A DNA stretch of 64,000 nt from the human T2T-CHM13v2.0 reference genome, Homo sapiens. Made by a program: the position numbers and the translations under genes. The stretch lies in assembly GCF_009914755.1 (NCBI RefSeq), contig NC_060943.1, one strand, 5' to 3'. Below are positions 24,592 through 44,574 of the stretch, piece after piece; position 1 is the first letter of the stretch, and every line of letters starts with the position of its first letter. The notes beneath the pieces were generated by a model. That model worked only from the letters and a program-made list of their open reading frames with translations. It searched no databases and had not been told where the DNA came from.

Positions 24592-26030
24592 CTATCCATT
24601 CATCCATCCATCAATCCCTCCCTCCCTCCCTCCATCATCTCTATCATCCATCCATCCATCCATCCATCCATCCATCCATCCATTCATCAATTCGACCTTT
24701 CATCCATCCATTGTCTCTATCTTCCATCCATCTATCCATCATCTCAATCCTCCATCCTTCCATCCATTCTCTCTAAATTCCATCTATCCTTCCATCCATC
24801 ATCTCTATCTTCCTTTTATCCATCATCTCTATCTTCCATCTATCCATCCATCCATCCATCCATCCATCCACCCATCATCTCGATCTTCCTTCCATCCATC
24901 ATCTCTATCATCCATCCATCTATTCATCTATCTATCCATCATCTTGACCTTTCATCCATCCGTCCATCATCTCTATCTTCCATCCATCTATCCATCATCT
25001 CGATCTTCCATCCTTCCGTCCATTCTCTCTAAATCCATCTATCCATCCATCCATCATCTCCATCTTCCATCCATCTATCCATCATCTCTATATTCCATCC
25101 ATCCATCCACCCATCATGTCTATCTTCCATCCATCCATCCATCCACCCATTGTTTCTATCTTCTTTCCATCCATCATCTCTATCATCCATCCACCCATCA
25201 TCTCTATCTTCCATCCATCTATCCATCCGTCTATCCGCCCATCATTTCTATCTTCCTCCCATCCATCATCTCTATTTTCCATCCATCCATCCATCCATCC
25301 ATCCATCCATCCATCCATCCATCATCTCTATCTTCCATTCATCTATCCATCATCTCGATCTTCCATCCTTCCACCCATTCTCTCTAAAGTCCATCTATCC
25401 TTCCATCCATCATCTGTCTTCCTTTTATCCATCATCTCTATCTTCCATCCATCCATCCATCCACTCTATTCTTCCTTGCATCCATCATCTCTATCTTCCA
25501 TCCATCCATCATCTCTAGCATCCATCCATCCATCCATCATCTCTATCTTCCTTCCATCCATCATCTCTATAGCCATCCATCCATCCACCCACCTATCATC
25601 TCTATCATCCATCCATCCATCCATCCATCCATCCACACATCATCTCTATCTTCCCTGCATCCATCATCTCTATCTTCCATCCATCCATCCATTCATCCAC
25701 CCATCCGTCATATCTATCTATCTATGTCTATCTCTATATATCTATATATTTCTCTATGTCCCATCGATAAATATGTATAGTCTCAATCTATCTCTATCAC
25801 TTCTAGTAATCTATCATTGTATCTCTCTACCATCTGTCTATACCTATCTAACTCTATATCTATCCCACATCTACAAATACATCATTTTAATCTATCCACC
25901 TATTTAAATGATCTATTTATCTATCATCTCTATTTCTATCCATCTAGTCATTTATAATCAATCAATAAATCTCTATATCTATCTCTCTATTTCTCATCTA
26001 TATCGATCCTGTCTATCATTAATATCTCTC
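24592..26030 (+). repeat. (TCCA)n/(TCTA)n compound array, about 1.4 kb
   Basis: Direct reading; source of the spurious HPS-rich ORFs. Confidence 0.95.
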
Positions 26031-26159
26031 TCTCTCTTTTTTGGGGGGGGACAGGGTCTCACTCTCTTGACCCAGACTGGAGTGCACTGAAGCGATCACA
26101 GCTCGCCGCAGTCTTGACTTCTTGGGCTCAAGCGATCCTCCCATCTCAGCCCCCTCTGA

Positions 26160-27315
<1,156 letters not shown>

Positions 27316-27530
27316 TATGTCTATCTGCCTATTTATATCTATTTATCTATCATCTGTCTATTTATCTTTATGTTTATCTATCTCTGTATCTATTGCTCTA
27401 TCTCTTATTTATCTCTCCATATAATCTGTCTATCTATAATCTATATGCCTATCTATACATCTGCCTGTCTATCATGCTACCAGCATCTAGTGGGTGGAGG
27501 CTTGGGTGGAGACTGCTACACATCCTACAA

Positions 27531-28061
27531 TAGGGGTCCCCATCCCCCAGTACCGGTACTGCTCCGTGGCCTGTTAGGAACCAGGCTGCACAGCAGGAGG
27601 TGAGCAGTGGGCGAACAAGTGAAGCTTCATCTGTATCTACAGCCACTTCTTGCTGCTCCTCATCACTCCCATTACCACCCGAGCTCCCCCTCTTGTCAGG
27701 TCAGCAGCATCATTAGATTCTCATAAGAGCACAAACCTTGTTGGGAACTGCGCATATGAGGGATCTAGGTTGCTTGAACCTTATGAGAATCTAATGCCTG
27801 ATGACCTGTCACTGTCTCCCATCACCCCCAGATGGGACTGTCTACTTTCAGGAAAACAAGCTCAGGGCTCCCACTGATTCTACATGATGGGGAGTTGTAG
27901 AATTATTTCGTTATATATTGCAATGTAATAATAATAGAAATAAAGTGTGCAAGTGTGATGCACTTGATCATCCCAAAACCATCACCCCTACCCTGGTCCG
28001 CGGGAAAAAAATTGTCTTCCAAGAAACCGGTCCCTGGTGCCAAAAAGACTGGGGACTGCTG
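27531..28061 (+). mobile_element. MER1A-like hAT element nested in a MER20 (27473-27530 and 28062-28141)
   Basis: taggggtcccc...ggggactgctg termini, 531 bp; 8-bp TSD tcctacaa (27523-30) / ccctacaa (28062-69). Confidence 0.85.
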
Positions 28062-28586
28062 CCCTACAACACACAGGACGGTCCCCACCCTAAAAAATGA
28101 TCTGACCCCAAACATCAACCATGCGAGCCCAAGAAACGCTGCACTCAGCATGCCCTGTGCCCTCTGGGAGCCTCACTTCCTCCTCCGCATGGAGGGGCTG
28201 GTTGGGAGAGCATCCATCCTCCAAGGCTACTGGAAGGACCAATGAGATCATACTCGCCAGAATAAGAGTTCAGAAAAAGAGGAACTAGTGCATTTTCTTC
28301 TTAGCCCTCAACAGTTTTGCTTTTGGCAGATGAGGAAACTGAGGCAAAGAGAAGGTACATTCCTCACCAAGGTCTCCCAGCTAGGCTCAAACGCAAGCCT
28401 GATGACCATGCACAGCCCTGTTTTGCAATTCAGGCTAGGCGGGTCCTCTGGGAGTGCCAAGTGAGGTGCCCGCTCTGAGGTTCGCATTGCTTAGGGGATG
28501 TCTTCAGGGATGAAGATAGGCTCTCAACCTAGCGGTTCACCCATGACCAGGGGCACATCTCCTAGGCTCTGTCTGATACCATATCA

Positions 28587-28925
<339 letters not shown>

Positions 28926-29122
28926 TTATTACCAATATGGTAACTACAAGCCACAAAAACTATGGAACACTTGAAAGGTGCTTCACACAACTCAGAAACT
29001 GAATTTAAAACTTTGAAAGATGGTTCATGCAACCAAGAAACCGCATTTTGAATTTTATTAATTTTTAACCAGTTTAACTTTATTTGTATTTATTTGTTCA
29101 TGTATTTATGTATTTATTTTAG

Positions 29123-29323
<201 letters not shown>

Positions 29324-29617
29324 TGAGCTCTGGCCTCGAGCAGTCCTCCTGCCTCAGCCTCCCAAAGTGCAGGGATTACAGGTGTGAGCCACCACGCCCA
29401 GCCCAATTATCCTAATTTAAAGACAAGCCTTGGTGGGCCAGGGTGGAGTGGGGTAGGTGCAGTTGGTTTCTGCATTATTTTCCTTGAGTTACCACTTCCC
29501 TCCCTATAGTGTCTGTCTCAGACCCCTTCGAGGTTGAGGAGCGGGCCATTTATGGTTCTGTAGGTGTGCATGCAGAGGAAAAGATTGGCACTTTGGGAGA
29601 CCGAGGCAGGTGGATCA

Positions 29618-30046
<429 letters not shown>

Positions 30047-30050
30047 TCAG

Positions 30051-30254
30051 ACACGGTCTCTCGGAGGCGGAGCTGAAGGATGTTTTGTCCCTGGACGACG
30101 AGGTCCTGCAGGATGTGTACCGAGATTGGACCCCGCCCAGCAAGGAGCTGCTGCGCTTCCCGCCCCTGCTGTGGGTGCGGCTTCGTCGGGATCTGGGATA
30201 CTACTTGGCCCGGCGGCCCGTGGATGGCTTCACCCTCCTGGCCATTGCCCACAG
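30051..30254 (+). CDS. NWD1: NWD1 coding exon 5 (204 nt, [16 protein letters not shown]...AIAHR), winged-helix-like region
   Basis: ctcccttcAG acceptor, CAG|GTAGGT donor, phase 2-2; ORF 30019-30258. Confidence 0.95.
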
Positions 30255-30398
30255 GTAGGTCCAGGCAGCAGTGGCAGCGACACTGTCTGGGTGGGACCCC
30301 AAGAATGAGGACTCACTGGCCGGGGGTCTTCTCAGTATCAGATCCTTCACTTACCATTCCCAGGGAATCAAGTCCAGTTAGAACTCTGACACAATTCA

Positions 30399-30988
<590 letters not shown>

Positions 30989-31106
30989 CTAAACTAGACT
31001 AAACTAAACTAAACTAAACTAAACTAGGTGAAGTTCATGAAACATAAAATTCACCATTTTATTTTATTTTATTTTATTTTATTTTATTTTATTTTATGTA
31101 TTTTGA

Positions 31107-31543
<437 letters not shown>

Positions 31544-32758
31544 TAGGTTTACAAGCATGAGCCACCACACCCAGCTAATTTTTGTATTTTTAGTAGAGAC
31601 GGGTTTCACCATGTTGGCCACGCTGGTCTCAAACTCCTGACCTCAGGTGATCTGCCCGCCTTGGCCTCCCAAAGTGCTGGGGTTACAGGCGTGAGCCACT
31701 GTGCCCAGTCAGAATTTTAAAGTTGACAATTGAGTGGTATTTTAGTACACTCATAATGTTGCACCCCTCACCTCTGTCTAGTTCCAGAACGTTTTCATCT
31801 CCCCAAAAGGAGACCCTGTCCCCATCAGCCGTCACTCCTCATTCCCCTTCCCTAACCCCTGGCAGCCACTCATCTGCTTCCTGTCTCTGTGGATTTGCCT
31901 GTTCTGGGCATTTCAGATCAACGAAATCTCACACTATGTGGCCTTTTGTGTCTGGCTTCTTTCACTCAGCATTATGTTCTCAGGGCTCATCCACATTGTA
32001 GCAGGGATCAGTGCTTCCTTCCTTTTCATGGCTACATAATATTTCATTGTATGGATGGACCAGGTTTTGTTTATCTTCGTCTATGGATGGACACTTGCAT
32101 TGTTTCCACGTTTTTGCTGTTGTGAACATGCATGTGTAAGGTTTTGTTTGAACACCTGTTCCCTTTCTTTCTCTTTCTTTCTTTCTTTCCTTCTTTCTCT
32201 TTTTTTCCTTTTTTCTTTTTGGAGTCTCTCTCTGTTGCCCAGGCTGGAGTGCAGTGGCACCACCTCAGCTCACTGCAACCTCCACCTGGGAGGAGTGATT
32301 CTCCTGCCTCAGCCTCCCAAGAGCACACCACCACGCCCAGCTAATTTTTGTATTCTTTTTTTTAGTACAGACAGGGTTTCACCACGTTGGCCAGGCTGGT
32401 CTTGAACTCCTGACCTCAGGTGATGCACCCGCCTCAGCCTCCCAAAGTGCTGGGATCACAGGCATGAGCCACTGCACCCAGCCTGAACACCTGTTTCTTA
32501 ATTCTCGGTATATACCCAGGAGTGGATTTGCTGGGTCAGGTGGTAAGTTATTTTATGTGTAAATTTTGGAGGAGCTCAAATGTTCCTCTTTGAAATGTAT
32601 GTAAGGAAAGTAAATTGATGTAAGGAAAAAAAAAACACGGACCAATTTAGAGATAGATGTGATGTATCAAATAGCACAGGTGGTCAACAGAGTGGTTTAG
32701 GATGGCTTGGGATTTGGGAACTGCCTCCAGGAAGACAAGCAGCCACCTTTGAGCTTGA

Positions 32759-33481
<723 letters not shown>

Positions 33482-34648
33482 TAATTCTTTGGTTATAGCT
33501 TGATGTTTCTTTTTCTCTGTCTTCCCTGCTGGACTGGGGAGGCTGGAGGCAGGACCAGGCTCTATTCTTTTTTTGGTGCTGCCTTTTCTTTTTCCCTCCC
33601 TCGCTTCCTTCCTTCCTTCCTTCCTGACAGAGTCTTGCTCTGTCACCCAGGCTGGAGTTCACTGGCATGATCTCAGGTCACTACAGCCTCTGCCTCCCAG
33701 GTTCAAGCGATTCTCCCACTCAGCCTCCCTAGTACCTGGGACTACAGGTGTGTGCCACTGCACCTGGCTAATTTTTGTATTTTTAGTAGAGACGGGGTTT
33801 TGCCATGTTGGCCAGGCTGGTCTCGAACTCCTGATCTCAAGTGATCTGCCTTGGCCTCCCAAAGCACTGAGATTACAGGCGTGTAATTACAGGTGGGATT
33901 ACCACACCTAGCCTGGTGCTGACCCTTCTCTTCTCCCCCCGAGACCCATTCACAAATCCTTTCCTGTGTGCCCAGAGTCCCTGCAGACTCAGCTTCATCC
34001 TGCCTCTCCAGGACATGGTCTGAGCCCCTTTCATTCACCTAGCCTCTCAGTCTCTTGCCCTAGTGCATCCTCCCAAGGATGCTTCTGACCATCCAATCTG
34101 ATTATGATTATGCCTCTTGTCTAAAACCTTCCATAGCTCCCCAGTGCCCTCAGTCTTGAGCCTGACCTACCCAGCCTGATATTCAGTGCCTTCGTGATCT
34201 GCTGCTTACAAGCTCCCTACTCTCATTTCCCACCCGCATCCCCTAACCTGACTTGTATAATTCAGTCCTCCCAAACTCAGCCTGCTCTTTCACACCTCCA
34301 GACCTTTGCCCATGCTGTTCCCTTGCCCTGGAATGCCATTGTTTTCTGACACATTTTGCCACATAGATGCCCACTTAATTCTGAGGCTCAGTTCCGATGC
34401 CTCTGCCTTCAGGAAACATTCCCTATTCCTCCCAGAAAGTCCCATGACCTCTGGCTTTGATTCTCTGAGTCCCAGATGTCGTCCTCTGCTCCAGCCCTGA
34501 CCAATGGGCACATGGGGGTATGTCTGTCTTCCATTGCATTCTCGTCCACTCCAGCACTGTCTGGAGCATGAGGTGAATGAATGGGCTTGTGCGTGGAGTG
34601 AATGAATGGGTTTGTGTCCAAGCTGCAGTCTCCCTTCTCCTCTGCCAG

Positions 34649-34766
34649 GTGGCCCCGCAGCCTCTGTGGTTCTCACATACGGTTGCAAACCTGCGGAAGC
34701 TGAAGGAGTTGCCCTATCACCTGCTTCACTCGGGCCGCCTGGAGGAGCTGAAACAGGAGGTTCTGG
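34649..34766 (+). CDS. NWD1: NWD1 coding exon 7 (118 nt, VAPQPLWF...RKLKELPYHLLH...EVL)
   Basis: ctctgccAG acceptor, G|GTAAGG donor, phase 0-1. Confidence 0.93.
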
Positions 34767-34881
34767 GTAAGGGCTGCCCCCCATCTCAGAGGACCGAGCC
34801 TGGTGACTGCACCACGCTCCAGTCTTCTAGAGCCTGGGGAGGGTGAAGGGCAAACATGGAAATCCTTCGTTCCTCCTAAGG

Positions 34882-35091
34882 CAGAGGTTCTCACAAGGGG
34901 CAATTCTACACCCAGGGGATGCCTTACAGTGTCCGCAGATAGTTTTGGTTGTCACAGCTAGGGGAGAAGGCACTACTTGAATCTGGTGGGTGGAGGCCAG
35001 GAATGCTGCTTAATACCCTACAGTGCACAGGACACCCTACCACAGAAAATAATCTAGCTCCAAATGTTGGTGCATAGAGTGAAAACCCCTG
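34882..35091 (+). mobile_element. MER20 DNA transposon
   Basis: cagaggttctca...ttttggttgtcaca...gtgggtggaggccagg...aaacccctg. Confidence 0.8.
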
Positions 35092-35109
35092 CCTTATCAT
35101 GAGAGACCC

Positions 35110-35550
35110 TATCTGTCTGTCTGTCTATTTGTCAGTCTGTTCATCCACCTATCCATCCATCCATCCATCCACCCATCTTCTGTCCATCCATCCATCCATC
35201 CATCCATCCATCCATCCATCCATCCATCTAACTATCCATTTATCCACCCATCCATCTATGATCTCCTTATTGAGCCATGAGCTGGTTATAACCATCCATC
35301 CATCCATCCATCCATCCACTCATCCTTCTGTCTGTCCATCCATCCATCCATCATTCTATCTATCTATCCATGCACCCATTATATGTCCATTATCTATTCA
35401 TTCATCTACCTTTCTGGTCATCCATCCATCCATCCACCCATCATTCTATCCATCCACCCACCTATCTTTCTGTTTGTCCATCCATGCACCAATCCACCCA
35501 ACATTCTTTCTATCTCCCTCTCTCTCTCTCTCTATCCATCCATTCACCAA
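35110..35550 (+). repeat. (TCCA)n/(TCTG)n array
   Basis: Direct reading of the sequence. Confidence 0.95.
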
Positions 35551-35554
35551 TCCC

Positions 35555-35770
35555 CGTGATTCTTAACCAGAAGAGATTCTGCCCCCCCAGGGGACACTTG
35601 ACAATGTCTGCAGACATGTTTGATTGTCACACTTGGGGTGGGAGTGCTACTGGTATCTGGTGGGTGGAGGCCAGGGTTGCTGCTTTACATCCCACAATGC
35701 ATAGTTCAGCCCCTTACCACAGAGAATGATCCTGCCCCAGTGTCACTACTGCTGAGCCTGAGATGCCCTG
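35555..35770 (+). mobile_element. MER20 DNA transposon
   Basis: gtgattcttaacc...ccccaggggacacttgacaatgtctg...acagagaatgatcc...gccctg. Confidence 0.8.
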
Positions 35771-35858
35771 GAGGAAATGGAGAGATGATTCTCCACCTCC
35801 CAGGATGAACTGGAGGGAGGTAGGCACTTCCCACATCCTCCCCCCTTCTCTCCCTCAG

Positions 35859-36017
35859 GCAGCATGAGCTGGATTTCCTGCCGGGGCATCTCTGGGGGCA
35901 TTGAAGACCTGCTGGATGACTTTGACCTGTGTGCCCCTCACCTGGACTCCCCTGAGGTTGGCCTGGTCCGTGAAGCCCTCCAGCTCTGCCGCCCTGCTGT
36001 GGAGCTCCGAGGCATGG
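35859..36017 (+). CDS. NWD1: NWD1 coding exon 8 (159 nt, GSMSWISC...VELRGM)
   Basis: Long pyrimidine tract then cAG acceptor, G|GTGAGT donor, phase 1-1, open frame. Confidence 0.92.
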
Positions 36018-36624
36018 GTGAGTCCAGATGGCCTGGATAGGAGTGACCAGGACGGGCACTGACTTCTAGAAACATGCTCTCCTCATTGAGTCATGAGCTG
36101 GATTTTCATCAACTCTCATACCTTTCCTGTCTAAACATGTGAATTTTCCCCCAGCAGTGCTTCTAGAATTTTTTTTGACATGTGGTATCGCTGTGTCACC
36201 CAGGCTGGAGTTCAGTGGTGCAATCGTAGCTCACTGTAGCCTCAGACTCCTGGGTTCAAATGCTCCTCCCACCTCAGCCTCCTGAGTAGCTAGGACCACA
36301 GGTATGCACCACTGTGCCTTGCTAATTTTTCTATTTTTCGTAGAGACAGGGTCTCACTGTGTTGCCCAGGCTAGTCTCAAACTCCTGGGCTCAAGGGATC
36401 TTCTTGCCTCAGCCTCCCAGAGTGCTAGGATTATAGATAGACATGAGCCATGGCGCCTGGCCTAGAATTTTAAATTGAGCCTGGGAGAGCTTTGGACTGA
36501 ATACTACCAAAGCAGGGCCCATCCTGTTGCCCTGGACTTTTCTTTAGAAAGTGCCAGGTAGGGCTGGGCGCAGTGGCTCACACCTGTAATCCCAGCACTC
36601 TGGGAAGCCGAGGCAGGCAGATCA

Positions 36625-36891
<267 letters not shown>

Positions 36892-37413
36892 CTATTTCGA
36901 GAAAACTCGAGGAAATTATGTAGGTACATATATGATAAGAGAGAAAACAAAGTTCCCACATATTTTTTATTGATGAAATTCAAAATATAATAATAACTGA
37001 GTACAAAACTTCAGGTTCAGAGTTGGTTTTCACTATTATCTGGTCCATTGCAAACACATGGCTGTAAAAATTATTCTCAGGCTGAGCATGATGGCTTACA
37101 CCTGTAGTCCCAGCTACTTGGGAAGGTGAGGTGGGAGGATCAATTGAGCCTGGGAGGTCGAGGCTGCAGTAAACTGTGATTGCTCCGCTGCATTCCAGCC
37201 TGGGTGACAGAGCGAGACCCTGTCTCAAAACGAACAAACCAAAAAAAAACTTATTTCTAGCTCCCAGATGACTTGGGCTGGGTCTGGCCCTCAGACTGCA
37301 ATTTGCTACTCCCTGCCCTAGAGCTTGAAGAATCTCTCCAAGTCTTTAGACGCTCTGGCCATGAGGATGTTCTGTTTGGTTTTGTTTTAATTATAGCAAA
37401 ATACATGTCTTAA

Positions 37414-37542
<129 letters not shown>

Positions 37543-37845
37543 TGAGACTACTGACATGTATCATCATGCCTGGCTAATTTTTGTATATTTTGTAGAGACG
37601 GGATTTTGCCATGTTTCACAGGCAGGTCTTGAACTCCTGGACTCAAGCAATCCTCCTGCCTCAGACTCCCAAAGTGCTGGGATGACAGGCATGAACCACT
37701 GTGCCTGACCCCCATCTTAACCATTTTTATGTGTGCAGTTCAGTGATTAAATATATTAATAATGTGCAGCTATCACCACCATTCATCTCCAGAACTTGTT
37801 AATCTTCCTAAAGTGAAACTCTGTTTTCATTAAACATTCACTCCC

Positions 37846-39275
<1,430 letters not shown>

Positions 39276-39966
39276 TAGATCACATGGAAATTTTGTGTTT
39301 AACTTTTTGAGGAACGACCACTTCATTTTCCACAAAAGCTACACCATTTTATAATCAAACTATGGGAGACAATAAATAATATCTTTTTCTCTACCCTTTT
39401 ATGTTCAGTGATAGGGGCCTGTGAATTAAACTAACAAAAGACAGCTTAACAGGAGAAAGGGCTCACACATTTTAATTTTACATGCACAGAAGTTTCACAG
39501 AAAAGTGAAAACTCAAAGGAGTGTTTAGACCTGGGGCCTTAAATACCATGTTAACAAAGAGCAATAAATTGTGAGCTGAATTCACAAAGGAAGGGGGAGT
39601 ATTCAAGATGCTTAAGTCTCTGTATCCAAAGTGCTTCCCCATGGATGTGAATAGGATGTTAAAAAGGATGACCAGTGGCCTGTGATTCCTATGCAGAGCT
39701 TCTAATCCTGGCCCTGCAAACCATCCTTGAACTATCTGCTTCTCTTTATTCTCCTGGCCATCAGCCCAGGGCCAGTGCTGCTGTCTCTCCTCCAGACAGC
39801 ATCCTCGGAGGTCTGCCTACTTTGGATTCATTCTTACCCTTTGGTTTATTTTCCATACAGCACTCAGAAGAATCTTGAAAGCCCAAAACGGCCGGGGTGG
39901 CTCAAGCCTGTTATCTCGGCACTTTGGGAGGCTGAGGCAGGTGGATCACTTGATGCCAGGTGTTCA

Positions 39967-40330
<364 letters not shown>

Positions 40331-40393
40331 CTATTGAATCTTCTAGATGGTTCTCCCATTGTCCTTGGGATAATGACCTTTCCAGTACTGTAG

Positions 40394-40849
<456 letters not shown>

Positions 40850-40968
40850 TAATTATGATTTCTCTTGGTTTTCTTTTGCATCATCTGTCTGCCACATCAG
40901 ACTCTGAGCTCCATAAGGCCAATGGCATCATCTGTTTTCTCCCTGCCAAATTTTTACCTTTAACACAT

Positions 40969-41353
40969 TGATATGGTTTGGCTGTGTCCCCACCCAGCTA
41001 TCATCTTGAATTGTATTTCCCATAATCCCCACACATTGAGGGAGGGACCAGGTGGAGATAATCGAATCATGGAGGTGTTTTCCTCCATGCTGTTCTCCTG
41101 ATACTGAGTAAGCTCTCAAGAGATCTGATGGGGCTTTTTAAAATAAGGGGCTTCCCCCTTTGCTCAGCTCTCATTCTTCTCTCTCCTCCCGCCTTGTGAA
41201 GAAGGGCGTGTTTGCTTCCCCTTCCACCGTGATTGTAAGTTTCCTGAGGCCTCCCCAGCCCTGCAGAACTGTAGGTCAATTAAACCTCTTTCCTTTATAA
41301 ATTACCCAGTTTCAGGTATGTCTTTATTAGCAGCATGAGAACAGACAAATACA
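40969..41353 (+). mobile_element. THE1 (MaLR) solo LTR
   Basis: TGatatggtttggctgtgtcccc...attaaacctctttcctttataaattaccc...aataCA; flanks cacat/cacag. Confidence 0.88.
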
Positions 41354-42555
41354 CACAGAGACCACAAATTTTGAGCCCCACCGTGTCCATTGAAATCTTG
41401 GCGCTGCCACTTCTTGGCAGTGTGACCTTGCAAACCCTTTACCATCCCTCCCCCTGCCCCACAGCCCTCAGTTTTCCCATCTGCAGAATAGGGATGCTGA
41501 GTGACCATCCCACCTAGGGCTGCTGGGAAGAGTACGCGCATCAGTTCACACAGAACCTCCACCCGTGTTGCCATCGAGGGTCCTGTTACTGTCATATGAT
41601 AGCATTGTTGACATGAATAGCCTAGGATGAGCTATTTCTGCCCTGAAACCCTATTTTTGTCATCTGCAAAATGTGCAATTGAACTAAAATGTGTCCAGAA
41701 CTCCACCCAATGTGAAGATGCTGGTGCCTGCAATCATTTATGCCTTTCTTATGCATTCACACAACCCCTACTGATTATCTGCCATAGCCCCAGCTCCCAC
41801 AGGGACCTAAATATAGTTAATGTTTGTCTCAGCCTTTAAGAGAGGGAGATGGGGCCGAGTGCGGGGGTTCACGCTTCTAATCCCAGCACTTTGGGAGGCC
41901 CAGACAGAAGGATTGCTAGAGGGCAGGAGTTCAAGACCATCCTGGGCAACATAGCGAGACCCTATCTCTGTAAAAAAAAATTAATTAGTTAAAAATAGAT
42001 AGATGGCTGGGCACAGTGGCTCACGCCTGTAACCCCAATACTTTGAGAAGCCGAGGCAGGCAGATTGCTTGAGGCCAGGAGTTTGAGACCAGCCTTGGTG
42101 ACAGTGAAACCCCATCTCTACTAAAAATACAAAAATTAGCCGGGTGTGGTGGTGCATGCCTGTAATCCCAGCTTCTTGGGAGGCTGAGGCACGAAAATTG
42201 CTTGAACCCGGGAGGCAGATGTTGCGGTGAGCCGAGATCACGCCACCGCACTCCAACTTGCACGACAGAGCAAGACTCTGTCTCAAAATACACAAATAAA
42301 TAAAGAGAAGGAGATGGAACAGCATACCAAACAACTGGAATTTAAGGCAACTGGAAAGAAAAATAACGCGAGAGGCGCTCGCCAGGAGTTGTAAACCTTG
42401 ATGGAGCAACTTCCCAGGAAAACAGCCTTGGGCATGACTTCCCATTTTAAGGAAGATTTAAAAGCCCAGATCTCTCAGCAAGTTCCCTGCAAAGCCCCTT
42501 GATTGACAACCTGTGGCTCCCCCAGCACAAGGAGGAGGTGTAGGAACAAATGTTA

Positions 42556-42571
42556 TCACCAGAGGGCGCTG
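42556..42571 (+). promoter_or_regulatory. CTCF-like motif TCACCAGAGGGCGCTG
   Basis: Close match to the CCASYAGRKGGCRS core in a short unique island. Binding not demonstrated. Confidence 0.5.
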
Positions 42572-42905
42572 CTGGACAACCATGTGCTCTCCGTACATCC
42601 AAGCACGCTGGCGAATGGGGACCATTCAACATAACATCCTAAATGATCCAACGCGATCACGAGTCCTTTTTTTTTTTTTTTTTTGAGAAGGAGCCTCGCT
42701 CTGTCACCCAACTTCTGCCTCCTGGGTTCCAGCGATTCTCCTGTCTCAGCCTCCCGAGTAGCTGGGATTACAGGCCTGCGCGCCACCATGCTCGGCTAAT
42801 TTTTCTTAATAGCCCATTTTTTAATAGAACGGTTTTAGGTTCACAGCAAAATTGAGTGAAAGGTACAAAGATTTCCAATATATCCCTCCTCTGATCCTAC
42901 TTTTA

Positions 42906-43250
<345 letters not shown>

Positions 43251-43275
43251 TTAGGAGGCCGAGGCAGGTGGATCA

Positions 43276-43941
<666 letters not shown>

Positions 43942-43960
43942 CTACATCCCTTTGTTGCAG

Positions 43961-44158
43961 AGAGGAGCCTCCTGTACACAGAACTGCTGGCCAGACTCCA
44001 TTTCTTCGCCACCTCACATCCAGCACTGGTGGGACAGCTATGCCAACAGGCCCAGAGCTGGTTCCAGTTGTGCGCACACCCTGTGCTGGTGCCCCTCGGA
44101 GGATTCCTCCAGCCCCCGGGAGGACCCCTCCGGGCAACTCTCAGCGGCTGTCACAAAG
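43961..44158 (+). CDS. NWD1: NWD1 coding exon 9 (198 nt, ERSLLYTELLARL...PPGGPLRATLSGCHK)
   Basis: tttgttgcAG acceptor, AAG|GTGAGT donor, phase 1-1; ORF 43855-44217; PGGPL motif precedes the WD40 region. Confidence 0.95.
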
Positions 44159-44574
44159 GTGAGTCTCCCCAGCATAGCAAAAATCCCAGCAGGCACCTGC
44201 TTGCCTGGGGGCAGTGAAGGCCAGGTGTTTGAGGTTGTCCTCTGGGACTCCCCTGTGCTAGTTGGGAGGCCCCAAGCTTGCCATCAGAGCCTGCCCCTGC
44301 TGTCTCATGCTGAATCAGCTCTCTCTGCCCCACCTCAAGGGACTGTAGATGTCTCATATAAATTCTTCTAATGAGCCCGATGCTAGGGGGTGCCTCCAAG
44401 CTTCCCATCTCCAAGGGATTGGTGCCCATCTGACAGTTTCAGCTATTTACAAGCTCATGCTAGTAATTCTGAAAGCTAGGAACTGATGCCTGACAGTCCT
44501 CTGAGAAGCTGAAGGAACTGTAAGCAGCCCTTGGAATCCCAGAATGTAAGGGAGAGGAGAGGATTTAGGTTTTG

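Noticed and set aside
24592-26030. Repeat array superficially like CRISPR or satellite DNA
   Set aside because: No constant repeat with unique spacers; eukaryotic simple repeat. Nothing prokaryotic is present in the window.
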